Shown: piece after piece, positions 1 to 8,444 of the stretch | Position numbering within the stretch: the first letter of the stretch is position 1 | Layout of the letters: each line of letters opens with the position of its first letter | Virus record (IMG/VR): IMGVR_UViG_3300013131_000215 | Location: 1-26,398 of that record | DNA: 26,398 nucleotides | DNA from: a virus | Lineage: Duplodnaviria > Caudoviricetes | Direction: 5' to 3' (one strand) | Position numbers and translations under genes: made by a program | Notes under the pieces: model-generated | The model's database searches: none | What the model was told of the DNA's origin: nothing | What the model saw: the letters and a program-made list of their open reading frames with translations, nothing else

Positions 1-1
1 A

Positions 2-664
2 GAAGAAGAAGAGGAAGTCAAACTAGATCTAGGCTACGATGAAGAAATGTCGATGGATGACGACGAAGAAGAGGAAGAAGAAGAGGAAGAAGAAGAGGAA
101 GAAGAGGAAGAAAAAGAGGAAGAAGAAGAGGAAGAAGAAGAGCCTCCTCCAATGCTTTATGGCAGTGGAGCAATGGAAGAAAGTCTTTATGAATCTGTTC
201 TCCGTTCCCGTGCATCCAAGAGAACCCGTCTTCTTGAATCCAAGCTTCACAAAACAGTTCACGCAGCTTCAAAAGTTAAGAAGCTTGCTGAATCTCGTAA
301 CAGAGAATTACAAACAATGAAATCAGAAATGGCCGAAACGAACCTATTCTTATCAAAGGTTCTATTACTTAACAAGTTCCTACAAAGAGAAGATCTTTCT
401 CAGAAACAAAAGCAAGTAATAGTTGAACATCTTGATAGAGCACAAACTATCGCAGAGGCTAAGGAAATATACGTTAAAATTAAGAATAAGCTTAACGAGG
501 CAGCAACAAGAGGTGCAGTTCGTACAGGAAGTGCATCAGCCCCAGTATCTTCTGGAGCAGCTTCCTTCAAAGTGATTTCTGAAAGTGCAAATCAAGCCAA
601 TGATATTGTACTAGGAACCCCAGAACGTTGGGCGCTACTCGTTAAGGGTCGCAAAGACGATTGA
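2..664 (+). CDS. Prohead core/scaffold protein (T4 gp22-like), 5'-truncated by the window
   Basis: Frame is open from base 2, upstream of the listed ATG at 47. Poly-Glu tract, helical/coiled-coil character, several (L/I)-x-E motifs (LYE, LLE, LAE, LNE, ISE). Lies directly upstream of the major capsid gene, as in T4-like head modules. Confidence 0.7.
   Translation, partial: EEEEEVKLDLGYDEEMSMDDDEEEEEEEEEEEEEEEEKEEEEEEEEEPPPMLYGSGAMEESLYESVLRSRASKRTRLLESKLHKTVHAASKVKKLAESRNRELQTMKSEMAETNLFLSKVLLLNKFLQREDLSQKQKQVIVEHLDRAQTIAEAKEIYVKIKNKLNEAATRGAVRTGSASAPVSSGAASFKVISESANQANDIVLGTPERWALLVKGRKDD
65..142 (+). repeat. GAA/GAG trinucleotide low-complexity tract encoding poly-Glu
   Basis: Directly visible (GAR)n run inside the scaffold-like ORF. 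Confidence 0.9.
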
Positions 665-709
665 TAATAATTTAGCCAAAGAAATAGTTTATAAATTTAG
701 GAGATAATA

Positions 710-2626
710 ATGAAAACGTTTACACTATCACAATTAGCAGAAGGCGTACACCGCCGCTCTCTTGGTGCTGACTCACCACGCCTTGTTAAGAAATGGGGCG
801 CAACCGGTCTACTTGAAGGTCTTAAAGGCATTCAACGTGACAACATGGCTTCTCTTCTAGAGAATCAATGTGCAGAACTACTAAAGGAATCAAATGCTCT
901 ATCCACAGGTGGTGGTAGCTTAGTTTCCTCCGGTCAAGTAGTTGGCTTTACTAACGTTGCATTCCCAATCGTTCGTAGAGTATTCGCTGGTCTAATCGCA
1001 AATGAAGTTGTCTCAGTACAACCAATGAGCCTTCCAACCGGTCTACTATTCTACTTAGATTACACCTATGGTAATAACAATGGTGGCGATGCAGGCGTTA
1101 CTCTTAGCGATTCAGCTTCAGCAGCAACCTATGCTCGTGGTCAATCTGTTTATAACAATCCACGCGGCGCAGGCGTTCGCTCTGGTTCACTTGCAACCGG
1201 TGGTCAATACGATCTAGTCGGCACTGGTTACTCCAAAGTTCACAAGAACTCAAACACCGTTCTTGTTCACTCTGGCGCAATGGGTGCATGGGCAGCAGGA
1301 ACCAATGCCTGGGTTAACTACGGCGTAGTTTCCGCTTCCTCTGACTTCGGTGGTTACAATGCACGCTTCGTCAACTACGATTCAAAAGTTGAAGTTGATC
1401 TTGCTGAAAATCTTGTTGACTACTCCTTCCTATTCATTTCAGCCTCTTCAATCACCACTGCCATCTCCGGCGCTGATCTACTAAATCTAGATCAAGTTGC
1501 TCTATATGGTCTTGGTGGCACGGGTGGCGTTGGTGGTTCAACGCTACGTGCATGGGGCGAAGGATATCAAGGTGGTACGGGCATCCTAAACCTTCGTAAA
1601 GCAAATCGTCGTGGTAACTGGAATGGTTCTGTCTTTACGCCAGATCCACTCAATGGTACCCACGTACTATTTGTTCTACGTGTTGAAAATGCTACCTCTC
1701 CATCTTTCGTCACTGCTGGTACCACAATCAACGCTTCCGGTTCTGCCGCAATCGCTGACTCACTATCAGTTAACTCCGATGGTTCAACGCTAACGATTCC
1801 ATCCTTCGAATCAAACTTCGCTGTCGATGCTTCTCCAAAGATCCCAGATGTTGACATTCGTATCGAATCAACCAGCGTAACTGCAACGACCCGTAAGCTC
1901 CGCGCACGTTGGTCCCCAGAAATGGCTCAAGACCTCACGGCATTCTACTCAATCGACGTAGAAGTTGAACTTACAAACATCCTATCTGAAATGATCACGC
2001 TTGATATCGACCGTGAAATTCTTAATGACCTTCTTACGCAAGCTGGCGCAGCAAACCTTTACTGGTCACGCGCTCCAGGTAAGATCGTTAACAAGTTCAC
2101 TGGTGCAGAAGCTCTACAAAGCTCCGCATTCGCTCCAGGTCCACAAGCCTTTGTCAATATCCAAGAATGGTATCAAACACTTGTTGAAACCGTTACGGAC
2201 GTTGCAAACACCATCCACAAGAAGACCCTACGTGGCTCCGGTAACTTCGTTGTTACCTCACCAGACGTATGCACGATCTTCGAACACATGGTTGCTTACA
2301 AGCCATCCTACCGCCTCGATAGCGATGGTCAAGTTCGTGACAGCATGACCGTAGGTGCAGAATCTGTCGGTACGCTTAACAACAGATACACCGTTTACAA
2401 AGATCCATATTTCCCAGCCAACAAGATCCTTGTTGGTCTTAAAGGAAATACCTTCCTTGAATCCGGTTATATCTACGCACCATACGTTCCACTAATCCTT
2501 ACCCCAGTTATCTACGCTCAGGAGGATTTCACGCCCAGAAAAGGAGTGATGACTCGTTACGGCAAGAAAATGGTTCGTTCGGACTTCTACGGAACCGTTA
2601 CGGTCCTTGACCTCTCACTAATCTGA
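710..2626 (+). CDS. gp23: Major capsid protein, T4 gp23-like
   Basis: gp23 motifs: KKW..LLEG, LLENQ, VQPMSLPTGLLFYL, TRKLRARWSPEMAQDL, EIL, YAPYVPL, DFTPRKGVMTRYG. SD AGGAG at 699-703. Strong codon bias typical of a highly expressed gene. Confidence 0.96.
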   Translation: MKTFTLSQLAEGVHRRSLGADSPRLVKKWGATGLLEGLKGIQRDNMASLLENQCAELLKESNALSTGGGSLVSSGQVVGFTNVAFPIVRRVFAGLIANEVVSVQPMSLPTGLLFYLDYTYGNNNGGDAGVTLSDSASAATYARGQSVYNNPRGAGVRSGSLATGGQYDLVGTGYSKVHKNSNTVLVHSGAMGAWAAGTNAWVNYGVVSASSDFGGYNARFVNYDSKVEVDLAENLVDYSFLFISASSITTAISGADLLNLDQVALYGLGGTGGVGGSTLRAWGEGYQGGTGILNLRKANRRGNWNGSVFTPDPLNGTHVLFVLRVENATSPSFVTAGTTINASGSAAIADSLSVNSDGSTLTIPSFESNFAVDASPKIPDVDIRIESTSVTATTRKLRARWSPEMAQDLTAFYSIDVEVELTNILSEMITLDIDREILNDLLTQAGAANLYWSRAPGKIVNKFTGAEALQSSAFAPGPQAFVNIQEWYQTLVETVTDVANTIHKKTLRGSGNFVVTSPDVCTIFEHMVAYKPSYRLDSDGQVRDSMTVGAESVGTLNNRYTVYKDPYFPANKILVGLKGNTFLESGYIYAPYVPLILTPVIYAQEDFTPRKGVMTRYGKKMVRSDFYGTVTVLDLSLI

Positions 2627-2658
2627 GAAATCTCCCTATAAAATAGGGGTCTGAGAAG

Positions 2659-2696
2659 GGGCAGCAGAAATGCTGCCCTTTTTCTTTTTCTTTTTC
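2659..2696 (+). terminator. Rho-independent terminator after the capsid gene
   Basis: Stem GGGCAGCA (2659-2666), GAAA loop, TGCTGCCC (2671-2678), then a long T-rich tract. A small hairpin CCCTAT-AAA-ATAGGG (2634-2648) precedes it. Confidence 0.92.
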
Positions 2697-2702
2697 TTAA
2701 GT

Positions 2703-2731
2703 TATACAAACCCTTAATGACAATGTACAAT
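2703..2731 (+). promoter_or_regulatory. Putative sigma70-type promoter for the endonuclease gene
   Basis: TATACA-17 nt-TACAAT, followed by a GAGG SD and the ATG at 2750. Confidence 0.5.
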
Positions 2732-2749
2732 ATGATATAAGAGGTTTGC

Positions 2750-4198
2750 ATGACAATTAATACTAATTGTAAAATATGTAATGAAAATTTTCAAACACTA
2801 AAGGGATTATCAACCCATATACAATATAAACATAAACTTACATCTGAACAATATACAATAAAATATATTCATGATGAAATTCGTCCGCAATGTAAATTGT
2901 GTTCTGAATTTACAAGATACGTATCATTTGAATTTAAAGAATATTGTAAAGCCCATACCAAGGAAGCTTGTTCTGCGGCAGGTAAAACCGGTGGCAAAAT
3001 AAAGAAAACTTGGAACAAAGGATTAACTAAAGAGAATGATGTCAGAATATATAATCAATCTTTATCGGTTGCTGGTTCTGCAAATCATTTCTATGGTCGT
3101 AAACATACAGAAGATACTAAAAGAAAAATTTCTATATTGAAAACAATATCAGAGGATGAATTTAATAAAAGAATTGAATTGAGATCGAATGAATTTCGTT
3201 ATTTATCAGATTACCAATCTTATACTAATAGACAGCATACAAAATTAAAATTAGAATGCATTAAATGTTTTGGTAAACAAGAAAAGACGCTGCAAGCATA
3301 TGAGCGTGGGGGTTTGTGTATATTTTGTTATCCTTTTATGGTTTCAAAAGATGAGATTCAAGTTGGAAACTATATAGAAAGTTTAGGATATCTCATTAAA
3401 CGTAATAACAGAACTCTTATTTCTCCTAAAGAGCTAGACATAGTAGTTTTGGATAAGAATTTTGCTATTGAGTATAATGGATTATATTGGCACGATGTAG
3501 AAAAGGTTGGAAAGAATCACCATCAAGAAAAGACTAAAAAATGTAGAGAGATAAATTATTCTCTTTTTCATATCTTTTCTGATGAATGGGAGAGTAAATC
3601 TGAGATTGTAAAATCTATGATATCTAGCCGACTAAGATCTAACAATATAGAAAACATTGATGCAAGAAAGTGTTCTGTAGTAGAGATCAAACCTCAACAG
3701 GCTCATAAATTTTTTGATTCATCGCACATTTCAGGGAATGTTCCTGCTAGCAAATATTTTGGATTAGAATATAGAGGAGATATTGTAGCAGCCATTTCAT
3801 GGAGAGTTCCTCAGCAAAAGAAGAAATGGATCAAGAATAATCCTGATGTTATTGAGATAGCGAGATATGCTAATAAATTATATACAAATGTTCGAGGAGG
3901 CTTTAGTAAACTGCTTAAACATTCTATTAACAACTGGTTAGTTCCAGAAACAAAATATAGAAGAATAATAAGTTATTGTGATTTAAGATTTGGGTATGGA
4001 AATGTTTATCTTCAATCTGGATTTTCTTTGATTAAAGAAGATACTGGTGTTAACTATTGGTATACTGATGGTAAGGTTAGATATCCCCGCTTTAAATTTC
4101 GTGCTACAAAAGATAAAACAGAAAAGCAGGTAGCAGAAGAAAACAAGGTTTGGAAAGTATTCGGCTGTAGTAATGCTCTCTATGAGAGAGTCATATAA
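2750..4198 (+). CDS. Free-standing Hef-like homing endonuclease (Zn finger + NUMOD3 + PD-(D/E)xK/Vsr-like nuclease)
   Basis: N-terminal C2H2-like CKIC...HIQYKH, NUMOD3-like NHFYGRKHTEDTKRKIS, CxxC pairs, nuclease motif ELDI...AIEYNGLYWH...HIFSDEW, and a Hef-type C-terminal domain (ARKC..EI, SYCDLRFGYGNVY..GF). More AT-rich than the capsid gene. Confidence 0.8.
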   Translation: MTINTNCKICNENFQTLKGLSTHIQYKHKLTSEQYTIKYIHDEIRPQCKLCSEFTRYVSFEFKEYCKAHTKEACSAAGKTGGKIKKTWNKGLTKENDVRIYNQSLSVAGSANHFYGRKHTEDTKRKISILKTISEDEFNKRIELRSNEFRYLSDYQSYTNRQHTKLKLECIKCFGKQEKTLQAYERGGLCIFCYPFMVSKDEIQVGNYIESLGYLIKRNNRTLISPKELDIVVLDKNFAIEYNGLYWHDVEKVGKNHHQEKTKKCREINYSLFHIFSDEWESKSEIVKSMISSRLRSNNIENIDARKCSVVEIKPQQAHKFFDSSHISGNVPASKYFGLEYRGDIVAAISWRVPQQKKKWIKNNPDVIEIARYANKLYTNVRGGFSKLLKHSINNWLVPETKYRRIISYCDLRFGYGNVYLQSGFSLIKEDTGVNYWYTDGKVRYPRFKFRATKDKTEKQVAEENKVWKVFGCSNALYERVI

Positions 4199-4250
4199 CT
4201 TTATTTTTAAAATGATATAAATTTTATTTTTCATGTTGAATTATATTGAC

Positions 4251-5474
4251 ATGAGATTGTTTAATATCATTTTATCATTATTAATAACTTGTTGTACTCT
4301 CTATCCAGAAGATATACCTGATGCATCAATGGATACGTCTTTTGATGTTCCTAGTTTTGTATGTGCTTTTGATGGGGGGATAGAAGATGATTTTAATAAT
4401 TGTGGAGCATGTGGATATTCTTGTCCTTATTCAATATCTGATCGATGTATAGGGGATGAATGTAGATGTGGGAATTCTCCTCCGTGTGATTCTTTAATGG
4501 AAGAGTGTAGGTTTGGTGTATGTAGACCATATGATCCTGCTGGTGCTATTTGCGAGTTTGATGAGGAATGTGGTCGTAGTGGGTCTGGATTTGGTTGTAT
4601 TCGTGGGAGATGTTCTCGTATAGATTGCACTCCAGAAATATGTGATAATCTTGATAATGACTGTGATGGGGATATAGATGGGGATAGTAGAGGTCCGTTA
4701 TCAAGATGGTGTTATGACAGGGAAACTCCGGCGGACATAACAATATATCCACCTTGTCGAAGAGGAGTACAGGTTTGCTCTCAGGGAGACTGGGCAGTAT
4801 GTTTAGATTCTATCTCACCTGTTGATGAAATAGGGACATATGGTTGTGACGGCATAGACAATGATTGTGATGGTTGTATTGATGGGGTTATGATTGCTGG
4901 AGAGTGTTTACGGGTATCAAATGATGGTTTTGATATAGTTTATGCTATTGATACTTCTGGGAGTATGTCTTCCGAGATAGATGCAGTTAGGGATGCTACT
5001 GCTGCCTTTACTACAAGCTTTGCTTCTGAAGCAAGTTTTAGATTTGGTCTTGTATTTGTTCCAGGGCATATTGATGGACAAGCAGAACTGATTAGTCCCT
5101 TGGTTCCATTTTCAACTTTTAATTCTGTATTGAGTAGTACATCATTTAGTTTTAGTGTTGGACAGGAACCATCTTATGATGTTGTCTATCTTTTGGCGAC
5201 CGAATCTATACCAATAGGATGGCGTAGAAATACGATTCGTATAATAATATTATTTACTGATGAAGAAGGGCAGAGTTGGGTTACTCCTCCAATAACTGAG
5301 GGTAGGATGTGCGCTTCTCTTACTCACGGCGAAGTATTTGCTGCTGTGGTTGAAAGTCTATATGTACCATCATTTGATGATTGTGCGATAATTTTTAATT
5401 TAACAACGGATCCTGTTGAGATGGCAAATTCATTGGCGACAATAATAAGAGATCCATGTATTTCTTCGCCATAA
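4251..5474 (+). CDS. Secreted/lipoprotein-like Cys-rich protein with MopE-type metal-binding repeats and a C-terminal vWA domain
   Basis: Likely start MRLFNIILSLLITCC (signal peptide with lipobox-like Cys; the track starts at 4233). DFNNCGACGYSC repeat, two EICDNLDNDCDG/CDGIDNDCDG motifs, vWA MIDAS DTSGSM and ILFTDE. Confidence 0.75.
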   Translation: MRLFNIILSLLITCCTLYPEDIPDASMDTSFDVPSFVCAFDGGIEDDFNNCGACGYSCPYSISDRCIGDECRCGNSPPCDSLMEECRFGVCRPYDPAGAICEFDEECGRSGSGFGCIRGRCSRIDCTPEICDNLDNDCDGDIDGDSRGPLSRWCYDRETPADITIYPPCRRGVQVCSQGDWAVCLDSISPVDEIGTYGCDGIDNDCDGCIDGVMIAGECLRVSNDGFDIVYAIDTSGSMSSEIDAVRDATAAFTTSFASEASFRFGLVFVPGHIDGQAELISPLVPFSTFNSVLSSTSFSFSVGQEPSYDVVYLLATESIPIGWRRNTIRIIILFTDEEGQSWVTPPITEGRMCASLTHGEVFAAVVESLYVPSFDDCAIIFNLTTDPVEMANSLATIIRDPCISSP

Positions 5475-5537
5475 ATAATTTTTTTAATATACAACTATAC
5501 AAATACTTATAAACTTTCTACAAAGAGGTGTATCTAA

Positions 5538-6413
5538 ATGTCTGAAGAACAAGAACAGAGAAATCTAAGAAATGCTATATTTGCTGCCCAACAGGCATCT
5601 GCTACGGCTGTACCGGGTATGTCAAGAGAGGAATACGCCAAGAAGGAATTAGGAATGGAAATTCCAATTGATGCAGTTCCACTACCTTCTGCTGGTAAAG
5701 TATATGCTGTAAGTCATCCATTACATGCGGCTGGTGAAATTGAATATAGAGCGATGACAGCTAAAGATGAAGACATCTTAATGAGTCGTGCTCTTATTAA
5801 GAAAGGTACAGTTATTACTGAACTTCTTAAGAGTTGTTTAATTGATCCAAATATTGATGTTAATTCTCTTCTATCTGGTGATAGAAATGCACTCATGATA
5901 GCTGTAAGAATTTCTGGTTATGGTAGAGAATATAATCCAATAATGCAATGTCCAAATTGTGAGTTCAAGAATGAACTTGAGATTGATCTTACTCAGCTTC
6001 CTATTAAACCATTACAACTAGAGCCATCAGTTCCTGGTGAAAATCTATTCTCTTTTGTTCTCCCAGTTTCAAAGAAGAATGTTAAATTTAAATTCTTGAC
6101 TGGTAAAGAAGAAGAAGAAATGTTACAGCAAATGGAAATGAGAAAGAAGAAAGGTCTTGTAAATGACAATTTGATTACAAGCAGACTTCTATCTTCTATA
6201 GTTGAAATAGAAAACAATAAAGATCGTTCATTTGTTTCCAAGTTCGTTCAGTACATGCCAGCTCGTGATTCTCTTGAACTTCGAAAGTTTATTGATGAAA
6301 ACGAACCTGGTGTCAACATGACGATTAATTTTTCTTGTAAATCATGTGATCATAGCGATGAGGTGTCCCTGCCAATGGGACCAACGTTTTTTTGGCCTAA
6401 CGCCAGAAGATAA
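5538..6413 (+). CDS. T4 gp26-like baseplate hub / tail assembly chaperone (G-like)
   Basis: LPSAGKVY, YRAMTAKDEDIL, GDRNALMIAVRISGYG, two CxxC pairs (CPNC, CKSC), C-terminal PTFF. GAGG SD. Confidence 0.75.
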   Translation: MSEEQEQRNLRNAIFAAQQASATAVPGMSREEYAKKELGMEIPIDAVPLPSAGKVYAVSHPLHAAGEIEYRAMTAKDEDILMSRALIKKGTVITELLKSCLIDPNIDVNSLLSGDRNALMIAVRISGYGREYNPIMQCPNCEFKNELEIDLTQLPIKPLQLEPSVPGENLFSFVLPVSKKNVKFKFLTGKEEEEMLQQMEMRKKKGLVNDNLITSRLLSSIVEIENNKDRSFVSKFVQYMPARDSLELRKFIDENEPGVNMTINFSCKSCDHSDEVSLPMGPTFFWPNARR

Positions 6414-6663
6414 AGAAGCTCTACTCCTTGAGCCATTCTTTCTATTAGGATATTATTTTGGTATGACATGGCATGATTACTATCATCTTCCTGTGACATA
6501 TAAAAGATGGCTAATAGAAAGAATTCAAAGAGAAATTAAGAAAACAAATAGCAACGGAAACGAAGCAGGAACTAAGGGTGCTCATCACAATGATCCTCAG
6601 ACAAGAGCATTCCAGGGTAAACACCGAGAACATGTTCCTGCTCGTCTTCGTAGATTTACTTAA
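6394..6663 (+). CDS. Frameshift-extension domain (gp51/GT-like) of the upstream chaperone
   Basis: +1-frame ORF overlapping the end of 5538-6413 at a T7 run (6387-6393). Sequence FLLGYYFGMTWHDYYHLPVTYKRWLIERI resembles GT/gp51-type extensions. No convincing SD/start upstream of the conserved part. Confidence 0.65.
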   Translation, partial: GLTPEDKEALLLEPFFLLGYYFGMTWHDYYHLPVTYKRWLIERIQREIKKTNSNGNEAGTKGAHHNDPQTRAFQGKHREHVPARLRRFT

Positions 6664-6675
6664 TATTTATAACTG

Positions 6676-6704
6676 TTTAAACCCATATTCTTGGCTGTTA
6701 TTTT
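6676..6704 (+). promoter_or_regulatory. Putative sigma70/early promoter, leaderless start
   Basis: (G)TTTAAA-17 nt-TATTTT with a TGn extension. ATG at 6711 lies 6 nt after the -10 box. No SD. Confidence 0.5.
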
Positions 6705-6710
6705 AGATGT

Positions 6711-7322
6711 ATGACCGATTCACCTCTAATACAAAAGATAACAGCCAATTGGGTTTTATATAAAAATCTTGTTTCTAAGATTGAAAACAATGAAAAAAGA
6801 GAAGCCCTGTTGGATCTTTGTGAAAAAGTAGCAGATAGAGCACCTGTTTGTCCTGCTTCAACAAAACAAGAATATATTGGATGTTTTACCGGCGGCTTAA
6901 TTTGGCATAGTATAAATGTAACTAAAATGATGAAAGATTTAGTTAAGCTATATGATGTTGATGTACCAACCGATAGTATTATTGTAACTGGTCTTTTTCA
7001 TGATATCGGTAAACTAGGTAATCTTGAAGAAGATTATTATTATCCACAAAATTCTCAATGGCATCGAGAAAAGGGAATGCTATTTGAGATTAATTCAGAA
7101 CTATCCAATATATCTGTTGCTACCAGATCTCTATATTGGCTTAATCAATTTCATTGTCCATTAACCGAAGATGAAATTGCAGCTATCATGTCTCTTAATG
7201 TAAGATCCACAGAAGCTATTAGCTATGTACCATCTTATAAAGATTCATGGCTATCAATTGTTTTGCAGCATTCCGTAAGGACTGTTTGCATTAAAAATAA
7301 TGGAATTACTTCCCTTATTTGA
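6711..7322 (+). CDS. HD-domain phosphohydrolase
   Basis: PAS...GGLIWHSINV and GLFHDIGKLG motifs of phage HD proteins. Confidence 0.85.
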   Translation: MTDSPLIQKITANWVLYKNLVSKIENNEKREALLDLCEKVADRAPVCPASTKQEYIGCFTGGLIWHSINVTKMMKDLVKLYDVDVPTDSIIVTGLFHDIGKLGNLEEDYYYPQNSQWHREKGMLFEINSELSNISVATRSLYWLNQFHCPLTEDEIAAIMSLNVRSTEAISYVPSYKDSWLSIVLQHSVRTVCIKNNGITSLI

Positions 7323-7366
7323 CTGTTTTTTAGGTATAAAGTTGCACAAAGCAAATAATTATATAT

Positions 7367-7428
7367 GCCACTAGTGCAACCCATTTATTAACAACTTAAC
7401 TTATTATTTAACGCCATTAGTGCAACCC
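7367..7428 (+). repeat. 16-bp direct repeat in the SSB leader
   Basis: GCCACTAGTGCAACCC (7367-7382) and GCCATTAGTGCAACCC (7413-7428), 15/16 identical. Confidence 0.85.
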
Positions 7429-7451
7429 TAACCAAAGAAAGAAAAATAAAT

Positions 7452-8309
7452 ATGTCATACGATATCGAAGCTATTAAACGTAAAATTGCAGCCCTCTCAG
7501 GAAACAAGTCAGCAACTCTAACAACGGAAAATAAGAATAGACCAAAGCTTACGTATTGGAAGCCACAGATTGGTCAACATGATATCCGAATTCTCCCATA
7601 CCGTGATTCAAATGGTCAGCCGGTACAGGAGGTAAGCTATTATGATAGCCGTCTACTCTCAGAGAGACGATTTGTAGCACCAGCACAGTTTGGTATGCCA
7701 GATCCAATCTTTGATATGCTTACCGATCTTCGTAAGGATCGTAGCAGCAAGTCTTCATGGAAGCTGTTTACTCAGCTTCGTCCTCGTGAACGCTATTATA
7801 TTCCAATCCTTGTAAGAGGAGAAGAGGCTAAAGGTGTTCAGCTATGGGAGTTCAATAGCAAAATGCTAAAGGATCTCTATGCTATCTTTGCTCATCCAGA
7901 TTATTCTGATGAGGATCTTACGCATCCAGAGAATGGTTATGATTTTACTGTAACCGTTACGCCAACAGAAAAGACCTTTAACGGCTTTGCAGTTAAGGAC
8001 ATCAAACTACAGCCCCGTCGTAAGCCAAGCCCTCTAGCGGCTTCTGAGGCGGATAGAACGAAGGTTATAGCTGGTATTCCAAACCTTGAAGAAATCTTCA
8101 AGAGTCAGGTAAAGAATCCAGAGCAGCTAAATGAAGTAATTGAGAATTTCCTAGCTTCTAAGTCTTCTATTGTTGAGTCAATGGAAGTATCTGAATCTTC
8201 TGGTTCAGTAGAAGAAGAAGTTCTCGAAGAAGAAGTAAAGCCAGCAGCAAAGAAAGTTTCTTCCAGTAAGAAGAAGATTGATGAAGCCTTCTCTGCTCTT
8301 GATGATTGA
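7452..8309 (+). CDS. Single-stranded DNA-binding protein, T4 gp32-like
   Basis: YWKP..G...IRILP, DPI, RYYIPILVRGEE..GVQLWEF, DLTHPENGYDF, acidic tail ending IDEAFSALDD. Sits upstream of recA. Confidence 0.85.
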   Translation: MSYDIEAIKRKIAALSGNKSATLTTENKNRPKLTYWKPQIGQHDIRILPYRDSNGQPVQEVSYYDSRLLSERRFVAPAQFGMPDPIFDMLTDLRKDRSSKSSWKLFTQLRPRERYYIPILVRGEEAKGVQLWEFNSKMLKDLYAIFAHPDYSDEDLTHPENGYDFTVTVTPTEKTFNGFAVKDIKLQPRRKPSPLAASEADRTKVIAGIPNLEEIFKSQVKNPEQLNEVIENFLASKSSIVESMEVSESSGSVEEEVLEEEVKPAAKKVSSSKKKIDEAFSALDD

Positions 8310-8346
8310 TCTCTAGATAATCATCCCTCCCCAATATCTAGGGACG

Positions 8347-8379
8347 AAGACCATGTGGTTAATTTCACATGGTCTTTTT
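8347..8379 (+). terminator. Rho-independent terminator after the SSB gene
   Basis: AAGACCATGTG / CACATGGTCTT 11-bp stem with an 8-nt loop, followed by a T-rich tract. Confidence 0.8.
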
Positions 8380-8444
8380 ATTTTATTCTTTATGGTATAT
8401 TTTTATATTTTTGTCAGTTAAGATTAATCAAACAAGAGGTTTAT

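Noticed and set aside
18-320. Poly-Lys, poly-Phe and poly-Leu ORFs (39..320, 29..262, 18..272)
   Set aside because: Alternative-frame shadows of the GAA-rich poly-Glu tract in the scaffold gene.
6346-6393. Independent start MIIAMRCPCQWDQR for the 105-aa ORF
   Set aside because: No SD, and it overlaps the conserved CxxC end of the upstream gene. A frameshift entry at the T7 run explains the ORF better.
7367-7428. Possible mini-CRISPR (repeat-spacer-repeat)
   Set aside because: Only two 16-bp copies, a low-complexity spacer and no cas genes in the window.
8355-8444. Hydrophobic N-terminal extension of RecA suggesting a membrane anchor
   Set aside because: It runs through the SSB terminator and T-rich intergenic DNA. 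The SD-supported start is ATG 8445.
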